A stretch of 27,607 nt of DNA, taken from NCBI GenBank assembly GCA_900617105.1, contig UYFQ01000576.1, positions 62,001 through 89,607 on the forward strand. The letters run 5' to 3'. The translations under genes were made by a program, and so were the position numbers. The stretch is from Hydrurus foetidus (Eukaryota). Under the pieces are notes generated by a model. It was given only the letters and a program-made list of their open reading frames with translations, had not been told where the DNA came from and ran no database searches. Below, in pieces: positions 9,721-20,570 of this stretch (position 1 is its first letter; each line of letters starts with the position of its first letter).

Positions 9721-9973
9721 TGACTAGATGAGGTCTTCTTTGTTCTCACTATATTCATGTCGTGCACCCCCACCCTTCCACACTTCGAAGTGAGTGTGTA
9801 CCCCCCCTTGTCCACGATTTCAGTGCGAAACTGCTACTTTTATTCTGCGGTCGTAATATCCTCAATGTAAGGTCCGGTAAGTTTTGTTCAGTCGGAAAAT
9901 GGATGAATCGGAAAAGAACTTGGAAACCGATTCCGATTTTGGTGGGATCCGATGCGCGTAAGGACCGGCCTAA

Positions 9974-10101
9974 GGACCGGCCTTATTTCCGATTCCAACT
10001 CGGTCGAAAATCGAAAAAATCGAAAAACCTTGGGTCGGTCGGAAATTTTCTTGAAATCCGATTCCGACTTTCGTGAAATCCGACGCGCATAAGGACCGGC
10101 C
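9974..10101. repeat. Further copy of the ~110-bp array module with GGACCGGCC ends
   Basis: Matches ~6302-6429; it is the continuation of the array after the 6644-9970 insertion. Confidence 0.9.
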
Positions 10102-10500
10102 TAAGGCCACTCCTTATCGCTTACCGCACCATTTTTACGAGAACGAGTTTCTTATCTTCTTGTAAACCTAACTCGACTTTTTTCCCCGGAGTTTCACTCC
10201 TTAAATCCCAGAAACCCAGAAATCCCAGATCCTAAATCTGGGTTTCTAAGTTTTTTGAATTTACGGTCGCACCCAAATCAGATGGAGACGTGACAAACAT
10301 TGAAACTGCAGATTGCATACTAGTTAGCAGCAACGAAGGCGTCATTGAGAACCCTGTCTGAAGTAATCGAGCCGCTGACGATGTGTGACAGTACCACTAC
10401 ATAAAGGGGCAACAATTTTCGGAGTGTTCGCAGATAAACAGAAAGTGGCCAGTTTGTTTGTGTACAGAGGGCCAGGAGTTGTTGACTCTTTGCTGAATCG

Positions 10501-12520
10501 ATGAGAATGCGACCTGCTGTCAAAATAAGAATAGATGATTTAACACCTTCGGCCAGGGGTATAACAGCTAGCGTGCGGGTACTTCTGTGGGGTATAGTGC
10601 AAGTGATTGTCCAGAATGAGGCTGCTCAACCCGAAATACAGAGGGAGAGTGTCCACACTACGTTCGACACTGGATCCAACGACTCCAACTCTCTCCCTTC
10701 TGTTTTTGCTGGTTCAGGGGACAGCGCGAAGCCTGAGCGCATTGGTGCTGTGCAATACCATGTCGATGCCGTGACGAAACTAACTGAGACAAAAAGAAGC
10801 CAGCGCGATAGAGAGTATGAAGAGCAATTTCTTAGTGAGGTGAAGGCATCAAGAAGTGATCTCGAAGATAACATGAAGGAATTCGCCATCCTCAATGGAG
10901 ATCTAGAAGACCAGTTGCCTCTGTCATTTGGCAGAAAAGCTGTATCAAAACCTCATAGAACTCATCTAGACAACGCATACGAGTCACTCTCGCCCGACGA
11001 GAATTATAGTGAGATGATGGAGCTGCCCAAACCCCCACCACTTTTCATGGAGAGCAACATTCATTGGTTGAAAATTTATCGATCAGGAAACGATGAAAGT
11101 CTGCCCTCGCTTTATCAGCTTGTGAGGGTTATAGGATGTGGGCGGAGTAAGTGTGTTGCTGACAAGAAATGTGAAACGACAGTGGTCGAATTTCTAGATA
11201 TGGAGGGAGAAGTTCGAAAGGGAAAAAAACTTGAAGTCGATAGAGACCATCTCCGAGTTTGTCAGTCGATTTCACGTGATGTGAGGAAATCAATTACCGA
11301 CATCTTGTGTTCAGATATAATCGGTCCACCAGGTGAATTACGGTTGCTGAACATGTCGGACTGATTCATACATTTGTACTTTCTGCTGTTATAGCCTTCT
11401 CTCTAATTGCTTTGATTTGGGTGAAGTACTGTTCTACTGGCATCAAACTCTCTCCCTCCCTCTTCCCTCCCTCCCACTTTTATCCTCCACTGCTGCAGAC
11501 GTGCACACGAAGTACTGGGACCAGAGGTTCCGTCTCTTCCGCTTATTCGACAGGGGGGTGCGCATGGACGCAGAGAGTTACTACTCCGTGACCCCCGAGT
11601 GTATTTCGCAACACATAGCAGACAGGCTACTGCAGAGCTTCAGAGTGCCCGAGAAAAAGGAATTGAGCAGCAGGAGTCAGAAGAAGGAGAGACAACGGGA
11701 GAGGAAGAGAGAGAGAGAAAGAGCTATGGCCGCTGCAGCTGGCGATGAGACAGCTGCAGCTGGGAGCGCTGATCTGGCTATCACTGCTGGTCCTGTTCCT
11801 GCTGTTCCGACTGCCAGTGTAACCCAGGCATCGAAGATAAGTCTCGTTCTGGATCTATTTTGCGGGTGCGGGGGCAACGCGATTCCTCTCGCCTCCGTAT
11901 GCGACTCCGTCATTGCCGTGGACATTAATCCACAGAAGCTAGCGGATGCAAGGTGAACAGTCAGATATACTTGATTGCCTGGTCGCTCGCGGCTTCAGTG
12001 GATAATAGTAACGCACCTTTTTTTAAATGTAATCTCACGTGACGCACATATTTCCCTCTCTGATCAATCCCCTCATCTCCATCTCCTCCTCTAAACCCGC
12101 CCTCGTGTATTCGGGCATAGGGTCAACGCGCGTGTGTACAGTATGGAGCAGAAAATAGATTTTGTGTGCGCTGACGCCTACGACATCTTGTCGGCCCTGA
12201 CACCCCCTGACAGCAGCAGCGGTGTGTCGGTGGTGGACGCAATTATCTTGGCGCCTCCTTGGGGCGGTCCCGACTACAACACCCACGAGCGCTTTGACAT
12301 GACTACGGGTTTCCCCTCAGGGGACGGATATGGGTTGATACGACTAGCCGCCCAGGTGTGCGGTAAGATTGTGTGTGTGTTCCCTCGCAATATCGACAGA
12401 AGACAGGTGCAGTCCTTCGCACATCGGCTGGAGATGGACTACTTGATAGAAGACATCTGCCTTTATAGGAAACACAAAATGTCGATCATCTACTTCACTC
12501 GACTTCAAAGTGACTCATAA
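10501..12520 (+). CDS. TGS1: Trimethylguanosine synthase (RNA cap guanine-N2 methyltransferase); exons ~10501-11332, 11499-11952, 12121-12520
   Basis: KYWDQRFRLF..FDRGVRMDAESYYSVTPE.I..HIA, SAM motif VLDLFCGCGGNAI, AVDINP, VNARVY...IDFVCAD, LAPPWGGPDY, FPRN. Both GT-AG introns (11333-11498, 11953-12120) splice in frame. The start codon is uncertain. Confidence 0.92.
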
Positions 12521-13975
12521 CACAAAGTATGAATGATGAAAAAAAGAGAGAGAGAGAAAGAGAGAGGCAAGTGAGAAGCAACTGTGCTGTGGAAAGGGGT
12601 GATGTGACGCGATGCGGCACATGAGGATCAGATCGAAATCATGGATCACAGAAACCACACTGGTCCCCTTCCCTCACCGTCTACGCAAATCCGCTCTCCC
12701 TCCCATTTCACCTTACCTCAGCTCATTCCGGGTCGCAAAGTGTACCTCAATCTCATCCGTCCTAGTCAACTCCTCTCCTCCTAGCGGAGTAGAGTCGTGC
12801 TGAGTAGATTAGGGATGCACAGTACGTGTCAGCGATACGAAGATAGGAGAGGAGAGTAAAGTGTGCTATCGGACATCCAGTCGATAGATATCACGCTCAT
12901 CCTATGTCTTCCGCACCCACAGAGCTCGACTGCTCCATTCTACACAGAAAAGACATCCTATCTCAATTAGGCAAGGAGGAGTAGAGAAGGTAGGATAGGA
13001 GAAGACGTCCATTCTACCTGTTTTGTGGGTGACACGACACGAGAGGACATGTATGACATTGCGGACATACGGGACATTTCCCGCGAGAGAAGAGAACAGA
13101 CGGTCCCTTGAAGCGAGAAGGTACAATGACGATTCGAATCGATCCATTTCCGACAGTGCAGCATGCCTGTGAGTGGCCAGCAGCTCGGCTCTACGGAGAA
13201 CTACATCGGATCGGATCATCGCATCGCACTGCATCGTTTTGCAGCGGAATGCCGGGACATAAACATAACTGTTTTTGTTGCCCTACTTTGGCGGAAAATG
13301 TCCCGTATGTTCGTTATAGTACTGAACTCTGCAAATGTCTCTTACGTTTTTTTGAATCACGAAATACTTCACAAATGTCTTGTATGTTTGTTTCTCAAAT
13401 CATACTCTGCTCCGTAGTATCACAAGCTCAGAAAATTTTATTATCAAAACATAATAAATAGAAGTGAAGTCAGAAAATTGTCCAATTTACGTTGCCGTGT
13501 GCCGTATGCAGCACTGCAGAGCATACATGACTGACTCCTCTGCATTGAGAGACATGTAGGGCAGCGTAGAGGACGTTACTTGACTTGTCTGACATGACTG
13601 AGAGCCAGTCGAGTGGAGCGGAGTCATTGCAGGGCAGCGACTACCTGCCCATCTCATCTCATGACATGACATGTATTTCTCTGACCCTTACCTTTTCCTC
13701 ACCGCACCTCTTGCAAGAGCGAGTAGTGGGAAGACGGACTCGCTCTATCAGAATGCAGAACAAGACAAATCAGACCAACCGTGTTCGAGTTGTACCCGTG
13801 CTCTACTGCGCTGTGTGATAGAGAAGAGAGAGAGAGAGGGGGAGATCTGTGAATGCAGATCACGTACTGTGCTGTACCGTACTTCGCTATACAGGTTCTA
13901 TCCTCTGACCATCTCGTCAATCACCACATCACATCGCATTACATCATTTGACATATCATGTCTAACCCTCGGGTG

Positions 13976-14006
13976 AGAGTCGAGTCGAGTCGAGTCGAGT
14001 TGAGTC
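13976..14006. repeat. (GAGTC)n microsatellite
   Basis: GAGTCGAGTCGAGTCGAGTCGAGTTGAGTC. Confidence 0.8.
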
Positions 14007-14261
14007 TGATCTGTTTGATGATAGGTACTGCAATGATGACTGTTAAGGAGTGCTGCGAAGCAATTCGACGAATTACAATAAATGGTGCTATTCGTGCTTC
14101 CATTCATCTCTCTTCTCTTCTCTTCATTAGGAGAAAGAGGAAGAGGAAGAGAAGGAGTGCAGCGGAGGAGATCTCTGATTCTGATTACAGATAGGAGGTC
14201 CACAGGCAACGAGTGGTGAAACTGTTTCGATGTGACGTGCTCTCGACACGTCTCGGATGAT

Positions 14262-14303
14262 GTCAGGTCAGGTCAGGTCAGGTCAGGTTAGGGCAGGTCA
14301 GGT
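14262..14303. repeat. (GGTCA)n microsatellite
   Basis: GTCAGGTCAGGTCAGGTCAGGTCAGGTTAGGGCAGGTCAGGTC. Confidence 0.8.
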
Positions 14304-14479
14304 CGGGAGAGAGGATCAAGCCACAGTCAGACGTATGGCGACATATAGTCTCTTCTCCTCTCATGTCGTATTTCCTTTGATACCATTCATTTCTCCTCAA
14401 CTTCAACTCGACATGAATCTGCCAGAGCAGGAGAGGGAGGAAGTGATCCCTTGAGTTTTCTTCTTTCTTCTTTTTTCTT

Positions 14480-15991
14480 TCATGACGCGCGTCTCACTAG
14501 TGCAGGCCGGACACTCTGCTCAACGTCTCCGTCATCGTACAGAATATCGAAGGACCCGTCAACTCTAGTCTTAGTGATTTTCCCTCTAAACCACTCCCCT
14601 CCCTCTGCGTAGTTGCCCTCCACGACACTGCCCTCTTGCAGACCGTCAAGAGCTGCATGCTGCAAGGATTGGACTACCACTACCTCCCTGGGTGTTGGCT
14701 CCTTCGCGGTGTGCGCTGCCCCTGCTTGCTGTCTCGAGGGTTCGTCATGTACAATTGCAGTGGAGCCGTTGTGAGTTCTGTGGGAGAGAGCTGCTTGCTC
14801 ACTGGCGATCTCTTTTCCTTTTTCTTTCCCCTTCTCTTCTTCCATCTCCTTGACTTTCGAGGGGAATGCAAAGGTATCCTTCGTGACCCATGCAGCACTA
14901 GACGATTGCTTCTCCGCCACCGACACAACCTGTGCCTGTGCCTTTCCTGTCTGCGAGTCTGAGTCTGCCTTTACCTGTGCGGGCGACACGACATCAGCAG
15001 TGCCTGGCACAACTTTTTGAGGAAAAGGTGCAGAAGTGGATGGGGGCTTTTTGGCTCTCTTGGCGAGGTCTTGCGAGATCGCCCTCGTGGTGTCCAAGAC
15101 CTTGTCGCTCACATCGAACAACATGGACACAGGAACGACCACTCCCACACCCTCCTGTTCCGTAACACCCTTGCTGATTGTGTCACTGTGCCTGCTGAAG
15201 ACAAGTGCCTTCTGCACAGCAACAGCAGCGATGCCCTTGATGTCACCTGCACTCCTCTTCTCAGTCACTTCCCGTGACGCTCTATCGCCAGTAGCAGCAG
15301 CAGCGGCGTCGATCGTGGATGAGCCCTTCTCTCCCTTCAGCTGATCTCGATCTCTCCCTTCTGTGCATTCAACGGATGCTGCTGCTGCCACTGATGTGGG
15401 TGCAGGTGCACGGCTCTTAGGGCCTATGAACTTTTGTCCCGCTGGTGCTAGTGCTGAAGCTGACCCCTGCCCCTGTTCATGCTGATGATCCGCTGCAGAG
15501 GCAGAAGGTCCAGGATCTGATTTCCCACCACCAGCAGCAGCAGTGACTTTGTCACCCTTGACGGTAGCTTCTCTGAGGCGGACATACCATGCCTCCACGC
15601 CCCTTTCCTCCATTCCGTCATCGTACAGCAGGTCGTACATCGCGCTGCTTCTGCTCCCCAGTAATGTCTCGCCCTCGTAAGCCCTCGTCACTGTGCCTGG
15701 AAACCAGTTACCCTTGCCCCGGTACTCGCCCTCCACCTTGGTGCCCTCCAGCAGCAGCACGGCATCTGTGCTACCCGCCCTCAGGTCAACTGCGGAGGAT
15801 ATGAATATGGACTGGGGAGTGGTCTGCGAGTGCGGAGTACCGAACAGGCCGGGCATCGAAGGCAACTTGCGTATCTCCGGATAGCTGATCACTTCGAGCC
15901 GGGTATTCTTGATCGGCGTGGAGTAAACAGACTGAGTGCTGTGTGTATGAGTGCGGATAGGGAGAGCACAGCTGTTAGCCATATTGTTCAT
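14480..15991 (-). CDS. Protein with two Tudor/Agenet-like domains separated by a low-complexity linker (probably the last exon of a gene starting at 16829)
   Basis: LEGTKVEGEYRGKGNWFPGTVTR...YDLLYDDG.EERGV and LQEGSVVEGNYAEGGEWFRGKITK..DGSFDILYDDGDVEQSV. Confidence 0.8.
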   Translation of the reverse strand: MNNMANSCALPIRTHTHSTQSVYSTPIKNTRLEVISYPEIRKLPSMPGLFGTPHSQTTPQSIFISSAVDLRAGSTDAVLLLEGTKVEGEYRGKGNWFPGTVTRAYEGETLLGSRSSAMYDLLYDDGMEERGVEAWYVRLREATVKGDKVTAAAGGGKSDPGPSASAADHQHEQGQGSASALAPAGQKFIGPKSRAPAPTSVAAAASVECTEGRDRDQLKGEKGSSTIDAAAAATGDRASREVTEKRSAGDIKGIAAVAVQKALVFSRHSDTISKGVTEQEGVGVVVPVSMLFDVSDKVLDTTRAISQDLAKRAKKPPSTSAPFPQKVVPGTADVVSPAQVKADSDSQTGKAQAQVVSVAEKQSSSAAWVTKDTFAFPSKVKEMEEEKGKEKGKEIASEQAALSHRTHNGSTAIVHDEPSRQQAGAAHTAKEPTPREVVVVQSLQHAALDGLQEGSVVEGNYAEGGEWFRGKITKTRVDGSFDILYDDGDVEQSVRPALVRRAS

Positions 15992-16246
15992 ATCGTCAGT
16001 GGCAGTAGATCAGAAATTAAAATCCGAGACATCAAATGCAAATCCGAAGCAACGAAAAAGGAGAAACTGGAGAGATTAGTGCGCATGCCTAAGATTACTG
16101 CACAGGCAGTTTGTCTAAATATGGATGAACGTGTTTTGCGAAGTTTAGGCTGTATGATTGGTGTACAGTGTGCTGCACTGCACTGTGGGGATTCTGCGGG
16201 GTGACACCGGAGAACAAGAACAACACGATAATGATCCATACCGTAC

Positions 16247-16829
16247 CTTGGCAGCCTGTAAGGATTGGTAAGGGACAAGTTCGGGAGGGAATAAGTCCCC
16301 GATGCGCATCGATTGTCAAGCTCATCATCATCTACTTCGGAAGAGTTGTTGGATGGCGATGGCTGGTTGACGAGTTTGCGCCTTCGAACACGCAGTTTTT
16401 TCTTCCACGCGAGAACCTCTGCTTCAACATGAGCAGGGTCTTCGCACTGACTGCCACAATCAACTCTAGCAACAGACTGTCGTCCCAGCAACAACCGATA
16501 ATGTGCATCCTTACGAAGTCTTTCCTCGACACCATCTTCATCGTCTTCGTTTTCTTTTGTCTCATCTTCTTGATATAGAAAAGACGGATTAGGAGAGGAA
16601 AGTGACGCTTTCTACAGCATAAAGTCATGCACAGTGAGAAGAATATAGAAGAATGACCTAAGTTGGGGATAATCTTCGCCTTTGATTGCTTTTTGGCTTT
16701 GTAGTACTCAGCAGATGTCAATACAACGGCGCAGAGAAGGACGAATAGCCCAGTTGCAGAGAATGTGATCGTGTAATATTGAAGTGATCTTGAGACAGAG
16801 CGATCAGTGGGAGGTGAGATAATCTGCAT
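16247..16829 (-). CDS. Probable upstream exons (16829-16658, 16568-16247) of the Tudor gene, with an N-terminal transmembrane segment
   Basis: Hydrophobic TITFSATGLFVLLCAVVL. The 89-nt intron 16657-16569 (GT...CTAAT..pyrimidine tract..AAG) joins in frame to EDETKENEDDEDG. A donor AG|GTACGG at 16246 could join in frame to ACACAG|C near 15940. Confidence 0.5.
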
Positions 16830-17322
16830 AAGAGAAGAGTTTCGTTGAGTTGCGATCCATTCGGCGAGTTGCCGATGTTAATTGCGATTTAAGTAACACG
16901 AAAGTATTGTCCGAAAGACTTCGGGTGATAGACCTCATAATTCGATTGAGGACCCAAGTTAGGAAGCATTATTGATGACGGGTTTATATTGCCATAACAC
17001 CCCGAAAATGAGAGGGCGGCAGACAGCACCAGCAGACGAGTATGACGTGACCCCATCAATGACTCAGTAAATTCTAAATAGTTGCTGCCATGCTTGCTGC
17101 TGTCTATTTATTTTGTCTGTTGTCGCAATTCTTTCCCGAGATGTTGGTAACAGTGCAGTTTTGAAAACACCAGCCAGATCGAAGTTGGGAGCAGTCTTAT
17201 CTTCTACGATGTTATCTCAGATCTCTCATCTCTCGTCTAACTTCCAACTTCTAACTTCTAACTCTCGATCGTTGAGGAGCTGTCGAGTCACCGTACCGTA
17301 AACGTAATATGTCGTGAGAATT

Positions 17323-18657
17323 TATAACCGACCGAAGGTCGGTATATTTAGAACCGTACATGTACGTACAACTATTTTGATGGATCTCTACAGGCGGGGC
17401 TCCAAATTGACCAGGTGAATTCATACTCGAAAGGTGGCTTCATTACAATCATTTTTTACAAAATTTCGACGTTGTTGGATATTCTAGGTAGGTCTAGCAA
17501 CTTCTTTGCACCCCGATTGTCGTGCATCTCTGAAACTAGAAAAATTGAAGATAGCGTTTTCTTGTTTGCTGTGTTGCAGAAAATTCACTTTCACGTCGAA
17601 TGCCGCCCAAGAAGCGTCGCCAAAATGACGTTGCAGAGCCAAAAAAGAGCAGGAATCATTGAATACTTTTTCATCAGGTATGAATGCAAAATTTCATCGT
17701 TGCAACCTCTTCAACTCCTTACTCCATGGTAGGAAAATGACCATTTTACGAAGCTTCCACTCAAAAATCACCCTGTAAATACTCGAAAACAGCTGATAGC
17801 GTTCTTCAAAATAGAATCTGACCTATCTAATCATTTCAAAATGTATTTATTACTGTAGGCGCAAATTGTTGATGCTAGCCGAGCTGTAATACTCTCTCCA
17901 GCTTCGGAGAGCTTAGGTTTTCGAGCGCATCAGGTGAGAAAATCCTCGCCAAATCTGATATTGAGTTCATTTCAGCTCGAATTTCACTTCTGAAAATTGA
18001 ACTAATTTTAGAATGCACATGATCATTGAGGTTCAGAAATGTGGCGCAATCGGAGCTGCACTTAAAAAGTCAGTTTCAGAGAGCTGGTGGTTTCGAGCGC
18101 ATCAGGTGAGCAAATCCTCGCCAAATCTGATATTGAGTTCATTTCAGCTCGAATTTCACTTCTGAAAATTGAACTAATTTTAGAATGCACCTGGTCATCC
18201 AGGATCAGAAATGTGGCGCGATCGTAGCATATCTCAAAGCTCAAGTCTCGGAGAGCTTCGTTAGATAGGACACGTCAATATGTCGCATGTTATGAAATCC
18301 AGCGCCATTTCCAAAATTCAAATTAAGTGCACATGTTAAACTTTCTTTGGATTTTTTAAAGTTCAAACAGAGTTCCTAATTTTCCAAACCTAGACAATTC
18401 TAAAGTTTAACAAAACACACGCCATAAGGAGTATTCTGGGAAATCTGTTGCGGTGATTTCATATCTATCCCGAACATGATCATGATTACTCCGAGTATAT
18501 TTACCATTTCTCAAAGTCAATAGGGGTGCTCATGCGATCACAATTCAAATGAAACGAGATTGTTACAAGATTCGTCATCAAAATTACCTAGCAGAAATCA
18601 TACGCCTCAAAGCCTACGGCAGTTACGGTCGGTTCGTTATGCAAAGCATACAGTATT
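17323..18657 (+). mobile_element. Possible non-autonomous Helentron (HINE/DINE-1-like) nested just inside the left TIR
   Basis: 5' AACCGACCG with adjacent inner inverted copy (ACCGACC-GAA-GGTCGGT). 3' CGGTCGGTT (18626-34) followed by the stem-loop TATGC-AAA-GCATA. TT boundaries and an internal tandem duplication. Confidence 0.45.
17917..18232. repeat. Tandem duplication, ~171-bp period
   Basis: TTTCGAGCGCATCAGGTGAG...TAGAATGCAC...CAGAAATGTGGCGC occurs at ~17919 and ~18091. Confidence 0.88.
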
Positions 18658-18984
18658 ATCAAATAATTATTGGGATCATTCTCAGCCGGGTCCGGTTAAT
18701 TAATTAATTCTCAGGAAGATTCTCAGCACCCTATATTTTTAATTTTAATTACATTTTATGAAGATGCAGAGATGCAAAATGATTGTTTCGCTGTCACGCG
18801 ACCTTACAGCTGTAACTGCTTCCAACTGGATTTTTTTTGCTGATGCACTTATAAAAAATGATAAAATAAATAAGATATACATGAAATCATGAGAATTCTT
18901 CGTTGATTAGAATCAGCGCATAATTAAGTTGTCAAGCGAATTACACGAATCAAATTTGAAGAAGATATCCATGAAGACGTTAAC

Positions 18985-19245
18985 GGTGATGCCAGTGGTG
19001 TTGATGATGCCAATGGTGATGATGATGATGATGCTAATGATGATGCCTATGGTGATGCTAATGCTGATGATGCTGCTAATAGTGATGATGATGATGATGA
19101 CGATGATGCTAATGATGATGATGCTGATGGTGCTAGTGCTAATGATGTGACACTGCATTGGGCTCTCTAGGTCGGCGTTTCTCCAGACTACAATGATGAT
19201 ACTAATGATGATGGTGATTATGGTGCTAATGATGATGATAATTTT
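18985..19245. repeat. Imperfect (GAT)n trinucleotide microsatellite, two blocks
   Basis: GATGATGATGATGCTAATGATG... at ~18985-19148 and ~19192-19245. Confidence 0.9.
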
Positions 19246-19296
19246 AATGCAGATTCGCTTGAATGATCAAAAGTATATTTTTCGAAATTATAAAAT

Positions 19297-19500
19297 AGAG
19301 TGTTTGCGATTTCGGATTTTATCCAAAAACGACTTTCAAAGTCGTCTTCTTCAAAGTCATTTTTTACAGAAAAAAAATCTAAAAACGACTTCGTCGGTCA
19401 AGAGGGCCGAACTCATTTTAGGTGATGCCTTTTCATTTTTTTGGGAAGAAAACGACTTTGAAAGTCGTTTTTGAATAAAATCCGAAATCGCAAACACTCT
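19297..19500. mobile_element. ~204-bp MITE with ~50-bp TIRs (AAT TSD, or TA if read 1 bp shorter at each end)
   Basis: AGAGTGTTTGCGATTTCGGATTTTAT.CAAAAACGACTTTCAAAGTCGT versus ACGACTTTGAAAGTCGTTTTTG.ATAAAATCCGAAATCGCAAACACTCT; AAT at 19294-96 and 19501-03. Confidence 0.8.
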
Positions 19501-20570
19501 AATCAAGAACAACTTAATCAAAATATTGGAGGTCTTTTAAACGCTTAATGGGGGCATAATTAATCTGTTCTTCGAAACATACTCACAATCTCTCTCATAA
19601 TCTAAACAGCCTCTTGATATCTGATAGCCAAGAAGGATAAAAATGTAGCCAGGTCATGAGTACGCGACGTCATGACTAGAATGACAAGCGTCCAAAATTT
19701 ACTGCCAATCGCACGGCGGCACTGATAGAGGCTCCTTCTACCTGATTCCAATTGCTGAGACAACCAACAATATCTTTATGTAACTCTGAGTTTGAGTTTA
19801 GGTGGTTCAACGCCCAATATTATTCTTAGTACTTTTTTTCTCAGTTAATCAATTCCTGTAGTTCTCTCTCACCACTAATTTTCAGTAATTAATTCGTATT
19901 TCAAATAATTCTCACGAAATCCATTCTCACGACATATTACGTTTACGGTATTACGGTTTTTTATTTTCTTCGATATCAGCCAAAATATGATCATTTTTGC
20001 ACGTTTCAAGAGTAGCAGTGAAGCGCAACTCAACTTTCTTCGAGAACTGTCAACTTTGGGATACGTGAGACATTATGATCTTGATAGATCTTGTAACTGA
20101 TCTTTGGCTCAGCAGCTATTCGAGTTCAAAATCGCCCATTTTGGAGCGAAAACAGTGATTTTGACAGAGGTCAAAATTTCCCACATGAAAACGGGGAGAA
20201 AGTTTTCCGTGATTTTAAGTGTATTTCCGATAAATCCTAGTACCACATTTGAGGACAAACAAAGGGCACTCGACGGTAGAGTGTTTGTGTTGGGATTTCG
20301 GTGAATCCGGGGAGGATTCAGTGACTCCGCGTAAGTCGAGTTAGGACCCAAGACTCGTGAAATAAGACCTCTGTTTAATCAGGCCACAATTCACCGCCAT
20401 CATACGAAAAAATCATAGATTTTTGCCGTAGGATTCTATGATATTTTCCGTTATCCCAATTCATCATGAAACGATAGAAGTCAAGCTATAGATTCGAATT
20501 TCAAATTGATTTACAAAATCAAAGTGGTTTGTACAGCTTTTCCTGCAGTTCACTACCACATTTTTTCAAT

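Larger units (their letters stand above)
7588..9856. mobile_element. Nested TIR element carrying two cargo genes and no transposase (TSD TA or ATAT)
   Basis: 7585-7626 (ATATTACGACCGCAGAATAAAAGTAGCAGTTTCGCACTGAAA) is the reverse complement of 9818-9859, with degenerate G-run similarity further in. Excision restores CCGTATATCCTCA, the inverse of the copy at ~7417-7429. Confidence 0.8.
6644..9970. mobile_element. Non-autonomous PIF/Harbinger-like element, 66-bp TIRs, TAA TSD
   Basis: 6644-6709 (GGCCGGTCCTTACGCGCATCGG...CCGATTC) is the reverse complement of 9905-9970. TAA occurs at 6641-6643 and 9971-9973. No transposase lies inside. Confidence 0.85.
17296..19948. mobile_element. Non-autonomous Tc1/mariner/pogo-like element, 26-bp TIRs, TA TSD
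   Basis: CCGTAAACGTAATATGTCGTGAGAAT (17296-17321) is the reverse complement of 19923-19948. TA occurs at 17294-95 and 19949-50. Confidence 0.8.

Noticed and set aside
13060..13315. Imperfect ~23-bp inverted repeat (CGGACATACGGGACATTTCCCGC / GCGGAAAATGTCCCGTATGTTCG)
   Set aside because: Could be a decayed MITE, but no clear termini or TSD could be defined
12540..14470. Numerous 60-117 aa ORFs between TGS1 and the Tudor gene
   Set aside because: Low-complexity, microsatellite-rich intergenic/UTR DNA without domain motifs
18913..19474. Met-rich / Ile-rich ORFs
   Set aside because: Translations of the (GAT)n microsatellite and a MITE
19951..20520. Left TIR of the Harbinger/Pangu-like element
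   Set aside because: The right end is lost at the TTAGGG tract, so no inverted partner is available to define it
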